Shown here piece after piece: positions 39,701 through 50,056 of a stretch of DNA of 64,000 nucleotides. The stretch's first letter is position 1; each line of letters starts with the position of its first letter. The DNA lies in NCBI GenBank assembly GCA_964419255.1, contig CAYQOU010000014.1:1605-65604 (forward strand), read 5' to 3'. The translations under genes and the position numbers were made by a program. A model generated the notes under the pieces. The model was not told the DNA's origin, did not search any database, and worked only from the letters and a program-made list of their open reading frames with translations. Origin of the DNA: an uncultured Fibrobacterota bacterium (GTDB taxonomy: Bacteria > Fibrobacterota > Chitinivibrionia > Chitinivibrionales > CAYFVL01).

Positions 39701-40586
39701 ACCGCAGCGGATACCGATTCCCGATACCACCGACATCTACAGCCAGATCCCCGTCAAACCGGTACCTGCCATCAGTATGGGCGGTGAATGTGGCATCAAC
39801 ATTACTCAGTTGCGGGAGAGACTGCGGGTAAAAAGATTGATAGGCATGCGACGACTGAGCCGATACATGCAGGGTATCCCAGGCGTGAAGCAGATTGTTT
39901 TTGCTGTGATGCGCCTCAAGACGCACCGTATCGGGCCCTCTAGCCACCGACAAAGACGCATCGATGAGAGAATCGGACCAGTTGATGAAGAGATCTATCG
40001 AAGGAAACAGTGAATCTGTCATGCGGTAATCTACTCTGTCTACGTATAAGGCAGCCTCCTTTGCACTGGTGGTTGCTTTCAGATCGTGTGCGGCAACGAC
40101 AAATGCAGTATCTCGATACATTGCGATATATTCCGCACTCACCGCCGCCCGCACAGGCATCGCAAAATCTGGAAAATGTATCGAATCGGGCAACGCAACC
40201 TCGGTGGTGTCGGGTTTTTCGGTTGTATCGGCGGTATCAGCCGGCAAAACGATCCAGGCGCTATCCAGGTTAAGGTCCACCACCGGCTTCAGGGCAAGGA
40301 GGCTGGGGGCGACAAGGGGATCGACGACAATTTTGCCCCCTCGAGCCGTCAGCGACGGTGAAGAGTATATGACGGAGTCGGCCGTAACCGTCAGGTTCCA
40401 GGCAAGATGCGGATCGAACGCCTGCACGCTCATCTGCCCAAACTGAATCGTCTCGGTGGCGTAGGTATTCAGCCACCAGTTTCCCAGAAGGTACACAGCT
40501 GGCGGTATAAGCAGGATAAGAATTAGAAGAGCGTAAAGAAACCACCGCAGTCCCTTTCCCAGACGCCGCCAAACCCTAGCATTCAA
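36714..40586 (-). CDS. tamB: TamB-like (AsmA-family, DUF490-type) translocation and assembly module protein
   Basis: 1290 aa. Single N-terminal TM anchor (WFLYALLILILLIPPAVYLL), a long beta-rich body, and a C-terminus ...RRLGIIYRYKFWNLW. Its stop overlaps the downstream Omp85 gene start by 7 nt. Confidence 0.7.
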   Translation of the reverse strand: MNARVWRRLGKGLRWFLYALLILILLIPPAVYLLGNWWLNTYATETIQFGQMSVQAFDPHLAWNLTVTADSVIYSSPSLTARGGKIVVDPLVAPSLLALKPVVDLNLDSAWIVLPADTADTTEKPDTTEVALPDSIHFPDFAMPVRAAVSAEYIAMYRDTAFVVAAHDLKATTSAKEAALYVDRVDYRMTDSLFPSIDLFINWSDSLIDASLSVARGPDTVRLEAHHSKNNLLHAWDTLHVSAQSSHAYQSFYPQSLPQLSNVDATFTAHTDGRYRFDGDLAVDVGGIGNRYPLRLTDQALSFTFLLDDTTGFWRLKSSGEKEQISLEASMEVRRIDSLPDLANLVDKVGMTLSGHIRGIPVRLADQWVMLGVTIPRMRASSRRIAGEVVTTDGTRLEAVAAKKTKEWGGSFDVDIAPDERLLRVFVDTNMQFDEAYVSGKFRGTELSASSAFFDVAAYGGVADSLYAVHEFDMQTGYTLKPSRLFHDDMVWTLSGNMDVRGDFPSMVWQATNEKHGTIRFSMPTADSMYAEAQSVNVSRVPYALIPELPIEQPVVSAEFAWHMRNQTGHARIEQATARYNGAGIAAEGLMNWTDSILQLQGLRFRVDDSELEAETSVRLNGKDFYELAALGLEDIESVELRADEYNISQTLNVFMEQSPLQSGFVDGRFAYSDTSGFGGLYRFYDIELIEGGNLPELRALRINGNGDTLLVNASTFSQAEPLFNDSLVVAVTGVLSDTQQVRVLVSAASGRLRAVVNGEIQSLQVFDGSFRVMGTAPLPGDIGALRNIITRGEFNIPFTETVEKMRLFTDTLYMTYAIAGMDTQFISAEPQITDGALRVPDLYVRNQKGQELTGNAVYGLIEGGRTRVRLQGEAFAVRWGEADYVTLDDINLRMMADSVSMVVDADIGRADLSYLAPPLNVDGIIQDIDLEYEQMVGRAKEPEASPPELNFEGTLRDMTIAYRLRSIQALQNIFAGNGDRTRKSSSERDAAIQLNVSLQTEGTKNRIDTDVLRMPFTADVTIQGTYPYALANGRFSALDGEIGAAGQSYDIQNLQVKWLNVPVEQGSVSMESAKMLAEDCEPGTTDSCTVYIRLDGELEEMQFTYETDCGGEFGAGANVSAIIFSVRRGCYSPEFAGGGVQEGYGSQALGLLEPTISQSLTRLTERLTGNWIAGTNITGLGALAADSATEAIAIEIVTKQFWGLRLRAKAGYRPDVRESATPWESKLGLEWQPPLDSIITSKKWEDILEDNILIEASISTEPENAESTLEDEISRRLGIIYRYKFWNLW

Positions 40587-41116
40587 AGTATCGTGCCCCT
40601 TTCATCTGTATCGCAGCTGCCGTTTACAGGCATGTCCCACTTTCTATCAAAAATCAGACCATTGTTGAAATCTATTCTGTTGCTTTGGAGAGTAGCAAAA
40701 TAAATCTGCGCAGATATTTCCAGACCTTGGGTCAAAGGGATACGGTTGGGGATATGGGGAGTTGTTTTTTTGAATTCTCAAACTGCGAAGTGGTGTTTGT
40801 GATGGGTCTGTGCCGGCCTCACAGGTCCAAAAACATGGCAAAAACAAACCATTATACGTGTTTGCAAGGCTTTTTCGGGATTAAAACGATACAAATGCCA
40901 AGAGAAATGGATGGGAAGCGGCACGATCATGTGTGCCGCGATTGGCAGCTCCGGCTGCAAAATAAGCGCTTTAATTCCGGTTTCTCTCTGCTCGACAACC
41001 CCTTAGGCACTGCCTTTGCTTTTATGAATCTGTGAAGTGTCGGATGTAACGGGCTCAGGTGTTTATACGTGATAGAATCTTTTAGAGGGAGGATCTGTTA
41101 CGGGAAGGAGTACCGC

Positions 41117-42742
41117 GTGAGAAGGACTCTATTCTCTATTCCCATACTTATCGGCATGACCGCTTTGGCCACACGCCTGGACAGGCATCAGAGCCAGTCG
41201 TTTGACTCCCGCCAGGACAAACAGCTTAAGCGCCATATCTGCGATATCAGGCGCCCCGACAGAAACGATTCATGGCTTCCACCCGGGGATTTTTTAACAG
41301 ACAGCTCACTTTCCATAATCCTTACCCGCGGCCTTCGTCCCCTGGTGAAGCCGCAGATAACTTCCGGCCACACCCGAATCGCTACTAATTTCACCCCGCC
41401 CGATTCGTTCTTTCCTGTTCCCCCTCAGATCAGAGACAACGTGAAATTCTGGGAGAAGATATTTACAGAGGTTTCCATAGCCGAGGGGCTGCTGCACGAC
41501 CGTGAATATCCGCTTGTCATCTATAAGAAGATGAATTTCTACGGTATGAGCAACGAACAGAGAAACGAGGCGATCAGAGCGGAGATTCGCGCCGTAAAAA
41601 GAAGTCTCCATGCGCTTAAATCCCAACCCGATTCTACCTGGGGCAGCCGAGAGCGAGATATTGCCGCCCTGTTCAATCGCCACGGCCAAAAAAGAGCGCT
41701 GGAGGATGCGACCGAGCGCATTCGTCTGCAATCGGGTATCCGTGAGCGGTTTAAATGGGGACTGGAGCAGTCCACCATGTATGACGATACAATCAAGGCG
41801 ATCCTGCGACAGTACCAGGTTCCCGAAAGACTGGCTTATCTTCCCCATGTCGAATCGTCGTTCGATATCTTCGCACGATCCAAAGTCGGAGCATTGGGGA
41901 TGTGGCAATTTATGCCCGCCACCGCAAGACGTTTCCTTACCATAGACGAGATTGTAGATGAGAGGCTGGATCCGATACGCTCAACGGAGGCAGCCGCAAA
42001 ACTGCTTGCCTACAACTATAAGGTCCTTGAATCCTGGCCGCTGGCGGTCACCGCCTACAATCACGGAGTAACCGGCATGAGAAACGCCGTACGATCCACC
42101 GGCACAACCGATCTGGGAAAGATAATCGACCGGCACACCAGTCCGTCCTTTAAATTTGCCTCTAAAAACTTTTACAGCTGCTTTATTGCCGCAGCGCGGG
42201 TGGCCAGTCAGCCGCAAAACTATTTCGATGATCTGATGAGGCTGCCACCTTACAAGGCATTTACACTCAATCTCAGACATCCGATTCAACCATCCACCCT
42301 GACCCAATACCTCAACATAACAGCCGAACAGCTCGCTTTTTATAATCCGGCCCTTAATCCCAGGCTGTTCGAGCCCGGAGCAAAAATACCCCGCAACTAC
42401 AGCCTTAACATACCCCTGATAAACAGGGGCAAGGATAATCAGGAGGTGACCCTGGCCTTCTCCGGAGGAGTCCTTGGAATGAAAGCATTCTATGCGGCTA
42501 CCGGGCAGTCTCCTTTTTCCGGCCCGGCAACTCAATCAGATCCCCGGGTCTTCCGGGTAATGGACGGACGGCTCCAAAGGCTCTATCCGCAATCGTCTTT
42601 CTCCGCGATGGTGAGCCATCGCTTCAAGGTTCCTCACTCGCCCCTTCCCCTGGAAGATGCCGACAGCACCGACAGAGAACTGGTCTCACTACCCCACAGC
42701 GCTCCCCACTCCACATCTTTTACAGCCGGATCGAACCTCTAG
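41117..42742 (+). CDS. lytic transglycosylase (SLT domain, MltD-like)
   Basis: Start moved to GTG 41117 (GGAAGGAG lies 6 nt upstream), giving signal peptide MRRTLFSIPILIGMTALA. SLT catalytic region: PHVESSFDIFARSKVGALGMWQFMPATARRF, AYNHG. Confidence 0.8.
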   Translation: MRRTLFSIPILIGMTALATRLDRHQSQSFDSRQDKQLKRHICDIRRPDRNDSWLPPGDFLTDSSLSIILTRGLRPLVKPQITSGHTRIATNFTPPDSFFPVPPQIRDNVKFWEKIFTEVSIAEGLLHDREYPLVIYKKMNFYGMSNEQRNEAIRAEIRAVKRSLHALKSQPDSTWGSRERDIAALFNRHGQKRALEDATERIRLQSGIRERFKWGLEQSTMYDDTIKAILRQYQVPERLAYLPHVESSFDIFARSKVGALGMWQFMPATARRFLTIDEIVDERLDPIRSTEAAAKLLAYNYKVLESWPLAVTAYNHGVTGMRNAVRSTGTTDLGKIIDRHTSPSFKFASKNFYSCFIAAARVASQPQNYFDDLMRLPPYKAFTLNLRHPIQPSTLTQYLNITAEQLAFYNPALNPRLFEPGAKIPRNYSLNIPLINRGKDNQEVTLAFSGGVLGMKAFYAATGQSPFSGPATQSDPRVFRVMDGRLQRLYPQSSFSAMVSHRFKVPHSPLPLEDADSTDRELVSLPHSAPHSTSFTAGSNL

Positions 42743-42884
42743 CAATCCGGATCGTTGCCTGCGATGTCTAAAACCATTATTGCCTTGCGAATCAGATTGA
42801 AGATGGATTTTTTTGATACATAGATCAAGAAGAACCAGAAAGCCCCGACGAACCGATACTTACGACAGCTCACAAACAGGCACC

Positions 42885-42920
42885 AAAACCTGCCACCCCG
42901 GAAAGCTGCGGAGTGGCAGG
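42885..42920 (-). terminator. intrinsic terminator of eno
   Basis: On the minus strand, an 8-bp stem CCTGCCAC/GTGGCAGG is followed directly by TTTTGGTG, 13 nt after the eno stop. Confidence 0.65.
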
Positions 42921-42933
42921 CGATGCAAACTTC

Positions 42934-44376
<1,443 letters not shown>

Positions 44377-44652
44377 TCACAAGACGAGCACAGTTGAGCA
44401 ATAACCATACCCCTGCTAATGGCCCTTATGATCCATATGCAGGTCTTCTGCTACAAAACTTCCATTTCTCCGCTCAATTACTCTTTTGCCAAAAGAAATG
44501 ATCCGGTTTATCGAATTAATTGCATACTGGAGAAAAATTTTAAATGAATTATCGAACTCACCGCATCTGGTTTTGGCCAATGGAATTCTATTTGCTTTCT
44601 TTTATGCAACGGTTTGACAGAACGATTCAAATCGTATGTTCGACACCTGTCT

Positions 44653-44697
44653 CTGTTCTGCCCCCCCGTCCCGCATCAGCGGACGGAAACAGAACGG
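44653..44697 (+). repeat. compound hairpin sharing a roughly 21-nt core with the metK terminator hairpin
   Basis: Inner stem CCGTCC/GGACGG with loop CGCATCAGC. Outer stem CTGTTCTG/CAGAACGG. The core CCGTCCCGCATCAGCGGACGGAA compares with CCGTCCCGCTTCAGCTGGACGGAA at 33120-33143. Confidence 0.4.
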
Positions 44698-44788
44698 GAG
44701 TTTAAGAAGGCTTCATTTCCTATGATTGTTCAGCTGTTACTAATTGCCTGATCGTTTATCCGGCTTTGCCGGACTTAGTGGAGATCAC

Positions 44789-46636
44789 ATGAAACATGTT
44801 TGTCTTATCGCGGGATTACTCCTGATTTGCGGCATAGCCTCTATCCAGGCAAAGTCCCGTGTGCGACGCCGGCATGTGAGTATCAGACATCTCCAGGGGC
44901 CGCTCTTCTTCGCCCGAAACGAGTCGATCGAGCAGAAACTCGCACCGTTTATCCACACCCGTCAAAATAAGCGCTTTGGAATATCTCCACACAATCAAGA
45001 CGAGAACACTCCGTCGGAAACCGATTTATTCGCTTTAGCCCGCCAATGGGATCATCTCAGCCCTTCCTTCAAACAGGATTACCTTTCGGCGCTCTCCATT
45101 CCCGATTCCATGAACTCCTATCTGACTCCATCGGGGCATTTCGAAATCTTTTATACCACGCGTGGGCCGGATGCGGTAAGCCCGGTGGATACCTCAGGAT
45201 TTAGCCAGGCCGACTGGCGGAAACGGCTTTCGGGCTCCAACGGCGTTCCCGACTATGTGGAGGAGACCGGATTTGCCTTGGACAGTGCCTGGTCGATGAT
45301 AATCGATCGTTTCAAATTCCTCGAGCCATACCCATACACCGACACCCGTAACCGATCCCGCCGCTATAAGGTTGTGCTGAGAAGTCTGTCGGACGGCTAT
45401 TACGGCATGACCTATCCTTTGGGCAAGGTGGGTGATGATGCGGGATATGCCAGTTTCATAGAGATTCGCAACGAGTGGCAAGGGTGGCATCTGGGCGAAA
45501 AACTGAATTACGAGAAAAACCCACATCTGGCAGTCTGGGTAACCGCAGCACATGAGTTTTTTCACGCGGTACAATACCGGATGGTCAGAAAGGTAAGCGA
45601 AGGAATACTGCTTGATTATTTTCCTGTCAGCTGGCTGGAGGCAACGGCGGTTTTAATGGAGGATCTGGCGTTTCCATCCATAAATGATTATGTGCAATAC
45701 ACAAACAGCTACTTCTCAGATCCCCGCCGGACACTTCTGGACGATTTTTATGATGGCTACGATGAGTATAAAAACGTTTTGCTGGCAAAATATCTCTACG
45801 AAAACAGCCCCACGGCCGACAGCATCGATTTTATCCGCCGGGTTTTTTTCACCAATCTGCAATTCGATATTCCATTCTATGAAAACCTCAGGCAAACGGC
45901 TTTTGAGCTGGGCACCTCCTGGGAGCAGTACATCGGCTCCTTTCATGGAAGGAGTTTTTTCACCGGCTCCCGCGACGAAGGGCTTTTCCTGGAGGATGCT
46001 TCGCTGTTTCAAACCTGGGACTACTCCCCCGGCCTGGCCAAATCAGATGATTCCGATGACTATTCGGTAAACAACCACGCACTGTTTCCCGTCTCTTTTC
46101 TCCGGGAACCGGGTCAGGGAAACAGGCTTCGGATAATAGCCCGAAACAAAAATCAATCATCCAATGATGCGCCCTTGGCCATAAGCGTGCTGCTTCGTTC
46201 CCATGATGGAAACATGCAGGATACCATCATCTTTCGTACACTCGAGGATGATACCATACAGGTAACGGTTGACAACTGGGACTCCTACGAAGAAGCGCTA
46301 ACCGTGCTCTCCAACACCGGTCTGTACGCGGCACAGCAGCTATCCCTGACCCACAGTACAAGCCAGGCAAAACCGTCTGAGACAACCGACAGGCCTCCTC
46401 AGCTTGTCAACCAGGCTTCCGAATCGATAGAATCGGTGCATGTCTATACGGTCACAGGCAGGCTGGTAGCTCACCTTGAAAAAAGCGGTCAAACTCTGAA
46501 TCCGGCCCACTTCTCATCCCCGGCTCTGCGCAACCGCCACAATCTTGCCGCCGGCTCCTATCTCCTTCGAATCACCACCAGAAACGACCAAAATGGCGAA
46601 TCATCGGTGCGCATGAAAAGAATCACCGTTCGGTAG
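44789..46636 (+). CDS. secreted putative zinc metalloprotease (HEXXH) with possible T9SS-type C-terminal sorting domain
   Basis: Start set to ATG 44789 (MKHVCLIAGLLLICGIASIQA signal peptide, GGAGA RBS). Contains VTAAHEFFHAVQY. The last ~75 aa (VHVYTVTGRLVAHLEK...LAAGSYLLRITT...MKRITVR) resemble Por/T9SS C-terminal domains. Confidence 0.6.
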   Translation: MKHVCLIAGLLLICGIASIQAKSRVRRRHVSIRHLQGPLFFARNESIEQKLAPFIHTRQNKRFGISPHNQDENTPSETDLFALARQWDHLSPSFKQDYLSALSIPDSMNSYLTPSGHFEIFYTTRGPDAVSPVDTSGFSQADWRKRLSGSNGVPDYVEETGFALDSAWSMIIDRFKFLEPYPYTDTRNRSRRYKVVLRSLSDGYYGMTYPLGKVGDDAGYASFIEIRNEWQGWHLGEKLNYEKNPHLAVWVTAAHEFFHAVQYRMVRKVSEGILLDYFPVSWLEATAVLMEDLAFPSINDYVQYTNSYFSDPRRTLLDDFYDGYDEYKNVLLAKYLYENSPTADSIDFIRRVFFTNLQFDIPFYENLRQTAFELGTSWEQYIGSFHGRSFFTGSRDEGLFLEDASLFQTWDYSPGLAKSDDSDDYSVNNHALFPVSFLREPGQGNRLRIIARNKNQSSNDAPLAISVLLRSHDGNMQDTIIFRTLEDDTIQVTVDNWDSYEEALTVLSNTGLYAAQQLSLTHSTSQAKPSETTDRPPQLVNQASESIESVHVYTVTGRLVAHLEKSGQTLNPAHFSSPALRNRHNLAAGSYLLRITTRNDQNGESSVRMKRITVR

Positions 46637-46840
46637 GGAAAGGAAAATAAGCTGCGAGATGAAAAGGTCCAGCGTCGTGTTTAATGTTTCCACGCCTGTG
46701 TATTTCCCTTTATGGTCACATGATAGCCTGGAGGTGATGTGCATATAGGCGCGATTCAAATACCCTTCGTCGAATAGGTATATTTGATGCTGTATTCCTG
46801 CATCTGCCAGCGAAGAAACTTCCTGAAAAGAGTTCATTTT

Positions 46841-47632
46841 ATGAAAGTCACTTTCCTTGGCACCGGGACCTCCCACGGTGTGCCGTCGATAGATTGCATG
46901 ATGAGCGGATACTCCAACTGCCCCAAGGGTGTATGTGCAGCCGCCCATGATGATCCAAAACACCGGCGCAGCCGCTGCTCGATTCTGGTCGAAAACGATA
47001 ATTTCTCTATTCTGGTGGATGTATCCGCCGATTTCCGGCAGCAGGCACTCGAGAGGCATATTACGCATATCGAAGCGGTGCTTATCACGCATCCCCATGC
47101 CGACCATATCGGAGGCATTCCGGACATCCGCTCCTATACCCGATTCCGTGAGCTGCCCGTGTACGGCTCGGGGGAGAGTATCGATCGAATAAAACAAACT
47201 TTTCCATACATATTCCAGCCTCCTGAGATAAGAGGCGGAGGAATCCCTCAACTTGCCCCCCGAGTGGTGGAAGCTACATTTACTCTGGGCGGTTTTGATA
47301 TCACTCCGGTTGCGGTGGAGCACGGGAGCCTGAGACAGTGTCTGGGCTATCGGATAGGAGAGGTTGCATATATCCCCGATATGAAGAAACTGAAGCCAGG
47401 ATCCTTTGACCTTCTTAGAGGAGTTAAGATTCTCATCCTGGATTGCCTGCGGACCAGTCCCGAGCATCAGACCCATATTATTCTTCCCGAAAGTATCGAA
47501 CTTGCGCGCCGGATTGCCCCCGAAAAATGTTATTTTACTCATCTTTGTCATGAGATTCACTACCACCGCGATGGCGGGTACCTTGATCCATGGATGCATT
47601 TTGCCTACGACGGGCTTCGTTTCGATGTGTAG
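46841..47632 (+). CDS. MBL-fold metallo-hydrolase (PhnP-like)
   Basis: Start set to ATG 46841 (MKVTFLGTGTSHGVP). Contains the THPHADHIGG motif. Confidence 0.8.
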   Translation: MKVTFLGTGTSHGVPSIDCMMSGYSNCPKGVCAAAHDDPKHRRSRCSILVENDNFSILVDVSADFRQQALERHITHIEAVLITHPHADHIGGIPDIRSYTRFRELPVYGSGESIDRIKQTFPYIFQPPEIRGGGIPQLAPRVVEATFTLGGFDITPVAVEHGSLRQCLGYRIGEVAYIPDMKKLKPGSFDLLRGVKILILDCLRTSPEHQTHIILPESIELARRIAPEKCYFTHLCHEIHYHRDGGYLDPWMHFAYDGLRFDV

Positions 47633-47690
47633 TGAACATCGGGCTCAGAACAGAGACTATTTCAGGAAATTTCTTCAGAAAGCTCAGAAT

Positions 47691-48362
47691 ATGCAACAGT
47701 ACAAGCAGGACTTTATCACATTTATGGTACGTAGTGAGGTGCTGACGTTCGGTGATTTTGTCACCAAAAGCGGCCGCCGAACGCCTTTTTTTATCAACAC
47801 CGGTAATTACCGCACAGGTGAGCAGATGAACAAGCTGGGCGAGTTTTACGCGCGGACAATCATCGATGCCTTCGGAGAGGATTTCACCACTCTGTTCGGT
47901 CCCGCATACAAGGGAATCCCGCTTGTCGTCACCACGGCCGGGGTGTTGGCGCGCGAGCACAGCAGGGACGTGTCCTTCTGTTTTAACCGCAAGGAAGAAA
48001 AATCGCATGGGGAAGGCGGGAGTCTTGTCGGTTATACGCCACAATCCGGCGATTCGATCGTAATTGTAGAAGATGTGACCACCGCGGGAACATCCATACG
48101 CGAGAGCGTTCCGATTCTCAAAGCAGCCGCGGATGTACAGATCACTGGCCTTGTCGTATCGGTCGATCGTATGGAGAAGGGTAGCGGCGAGCAGAGCGCA
48201 CTGCAGGAGATAGAGCACAGTTTCGGGATGAAAACAACATCTATCGTAAATCTGGAGGAGATAATCACATTTCTTCATAATAAAGAGATTGATGGAAAAG
48301 TTGTTCTTGATGACCAAATCTACGAGTGTATACAGAGGTATCGGCAACAGTACGGCGTATAA
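47691..48362 (+). CDS. pyrE: orotate phosphoribosyltransferase
   Basis: Start set to ATG 47691 (MQQYKQDFITFM). Contains FGDFVTKSGRRTPFFINTG, YKGIPL and the PRPP motif VIVEDVTTAGTS. Confidence 0.9.
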   Translation: MQQYKQDFITFMVRSEVLTFGDFVTKSGRRTPFFINTGNYRTGEQMNKLGEFYARTIIDAFGEDFTTLFGPAYKGIPLVVTTAGVLAREHSRDVSFCFNRKEEKSHGEGGSLVGYTPQSGDSIVIVEDVTTAGTSIRESVPILKAAADVQITGLVVSVDRMEKGSGEQSALQEIEHSFGMKTTSIVNLEEIITFLHNKEIDGKVVLDDQIYECIQRYRQQYGV

Positions 48363-48444
48363 TGGTTGGTGTGTGAAAAATTGTGTATTTTATTATGAAA
48401 TCCCGTGTGATAATTTGAAATTTTCTCCTCTCATTGGGTAATAT

Positions 48445-49008
48445 ATGAAACGTTTATCGGATAATCCGCCATCACGTTTTCCTCAGCGATCCATACACGA
48501 AGCGCAAGGAAGGTGGTGGGTGGCAAAGGTCAAACCCCGGCAGGAAAAAGCTCTGGCATTTGATCTGATGGAACAAAACATCGAATACTACCTTCCCATG
48601 TATATGAAGGTTGTCCGGCGGCAGGATAATAACAAAAAGCGCAAATCGATACTGTGTCTTTTCCCCGGATATCTGAGTTTTTGCGCCGAGCCGGGCCAGC
48701 AACGCCATCTCTATGCGACCGGACGTATCGTTAATCTGGTGGAAATTCAGCACCAGAGCCGCTTCATGAAACAGCTTGAACAGGTGTATCATACCATCGA
48801 TCTGGGGATACCCGTCGAGCCCTGGGAGGATGTGGATCGGCTTGTGGAGGGTACCCCGGTGCAGGTCGAATCGGGACCATTGAGGGGAATCTCCGGCACA
48901 GTGGTTCGAACTCAGGGAAGTCAGAAACTGGTAATTTCGGTGGATGCGCTTGGAAGAGCAGCAATCACAGTCGACGCTCACATGGTAAAACCGGTACCCT
49001 CAACGTAA
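48445..49008 (+). CDS. NusG-paralogue transcription antiterminator (UpxY/RfaH-like, NGN plus KOW)
   Basis: 187 aa. NGN-like RWWVAKVKPRQEKALAFDLMEQNIEYYLPMY...LFPGYLSF. KOW-like GTPVQVESGPLRGISGTVV. Confidence 0.7.
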   Translation: MKRLSDNPPSRFPQRSIHEAQGRWWVAKVKPRQEKALAFDLMEQNIEYYLPMYMKVVRRQDNNKKRKSILCLFPGYLSFCAEPGQQRHLYATGRIVNLVEIQHQSRFMKQLEQVYHTIDLGIPVEPWEDVDRLVEGTPVQVESGPLRGISGTVVRTQGSQKLVISVDALGRAAITVDAHMVKPVPST

Positions 49009-49077
49009 ACCTGTCCGATGACAGTATGATAGCGACTACAGACAGCCGCATACGATTTACCCAGAAAGGAACACACC

Positions 49078-49908
49078 ATGTACATCGATCTTCATGCCCA
49101 CAGCAGCAGCTCGGACGGCTCTCTTACGCCCGAGGAGCTTGTCGATCTTGCCATCTCACGGGAGGTAAATACACTCGCTCTGTGTGACCATGATACCACC
49201 AGCGGGATCGATCGTTTCGTCTCCTATGGGAAAGATAAAGGGCTCAGGGTTATCGGTGGGGTGGAGCTGTCTGCAACCTGGAACACGGGCAACTGTCATA
49301 TACTCGGGCTTAATGTACGCACCGACTATCAGCCGCTGGAGGATGTGCTGCAGGAGATTCGCCACAGCCGCGACAACCGAAACGATATAATCATCGACAA
49401 ACTCAATGCGGCGGATGTTAATATTACACTCGAGCAGGTCCAGGCGCTTGCCGGAGGCGAGGTGGTGGCCCGCCCGCATGTGGCACGGGCGATGGTGGAG
49501 AAGGGATATGTCCGCTCGGTGCAGGAAGCTTTTGACAGGTACCTGGCCAAAGGGGAGGTTGCCTACGTGGATCGTTATCGCCTTGAGCCACAGCGCGCCT
49601 GTGAGCTTCTGCGGGATGCCGGTGCCGCCGTTGTGCTGGCCCATCCCAGTCAGTTGAATATCGACATGCAATCGCTGGATACACTCATAAGCCGATTAAA
49701 AGAACACGGATTGAGTGGTATGGAAATCTATACTCCTTACACGACAGATGTTCAACTGCCGGAATTCTCAACACTGGCCAAAAAGCACAACCTGTTTGTC
49801 ACAGGCGGATCGGATTTTCACGGTGAGAGTAAACCATCCCATTATCTGGGCCATTATCGAGAGACATTAAAAATTCCGGTCCATCTTTTGGATGATCTTC
49901 CTTTCTGA
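49078..49908 (+). CDS. PHP-domain phosphoesterase (TrpH/YciV-like)
   Basis: 276 aa. Contains MYIDLHAHSSSSDGS, ALCDHDT and GGSDFHG. Confidence 0.8.
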   Translation: MYIDLHAHSSSSDGSLTPEELVDLAISREVNTLALCDHDTTSGIDRFVSYGKDKGLRVIGGVELSATWNTGNCHILGLNVRTDYQPLEDVLQEIRHSRDNRNDIIIDKLNAADVNITLEQVQALAGGEVVARPHVARAMVEKGYVRSVQEAFDRYLAKGEVAYVDRYRLEPQRACELLRDAGAAVVLAHPSQLNIDMQSLDTLISRLKEHGLSGMEIYTPYTTDVQLPEFSTLAKKHNLFVTGGSDFHGESKPSHYLGHYRETLKIPVHLLDDLPF

Positions 49909-50056
49909 TTGTTTTTTTTTGCATGACCGCGCAAGGATTATTCCGGCGGTTGAATTACGGTTTGGACGGCCCATTTCATTTTTGTGCAGGCGGTTGTGTA
50001 TTTTTTATGAATATTAGTTATCAGATAACAGTCCTATTTGTGAGTGATAAGAGTCT

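Noticed and set aside
41306-42535. ORFs of 200 and 184 aa on the minus strand
   Set aside because: They are antisense to the lytic transglycosylase gene, which carries the SLT catalytic motif.
46601-47599. 332-aa ORF on the minus strand
   Set aside because: It is fully antisense to the MBL-fold hydrolase gene, which has clear family motifs (THPHADHIGG). The antisense product has no recognisable motif. Long shadow ORFs are expected at this G+C.
47406-47690. 95-aa N-terminal extension of the pyrE ORF
   Set aside because: It overlaps the MBL hydrolase gene. PyrE homology begins at MQQYKQDF (ATG 47691).
47535-48347. 270-aa ORF on the minus strand
   Set aside because: It is antisense to pyrE, whose PRPP-binding motif is unambiguous. 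Shadow ORF.
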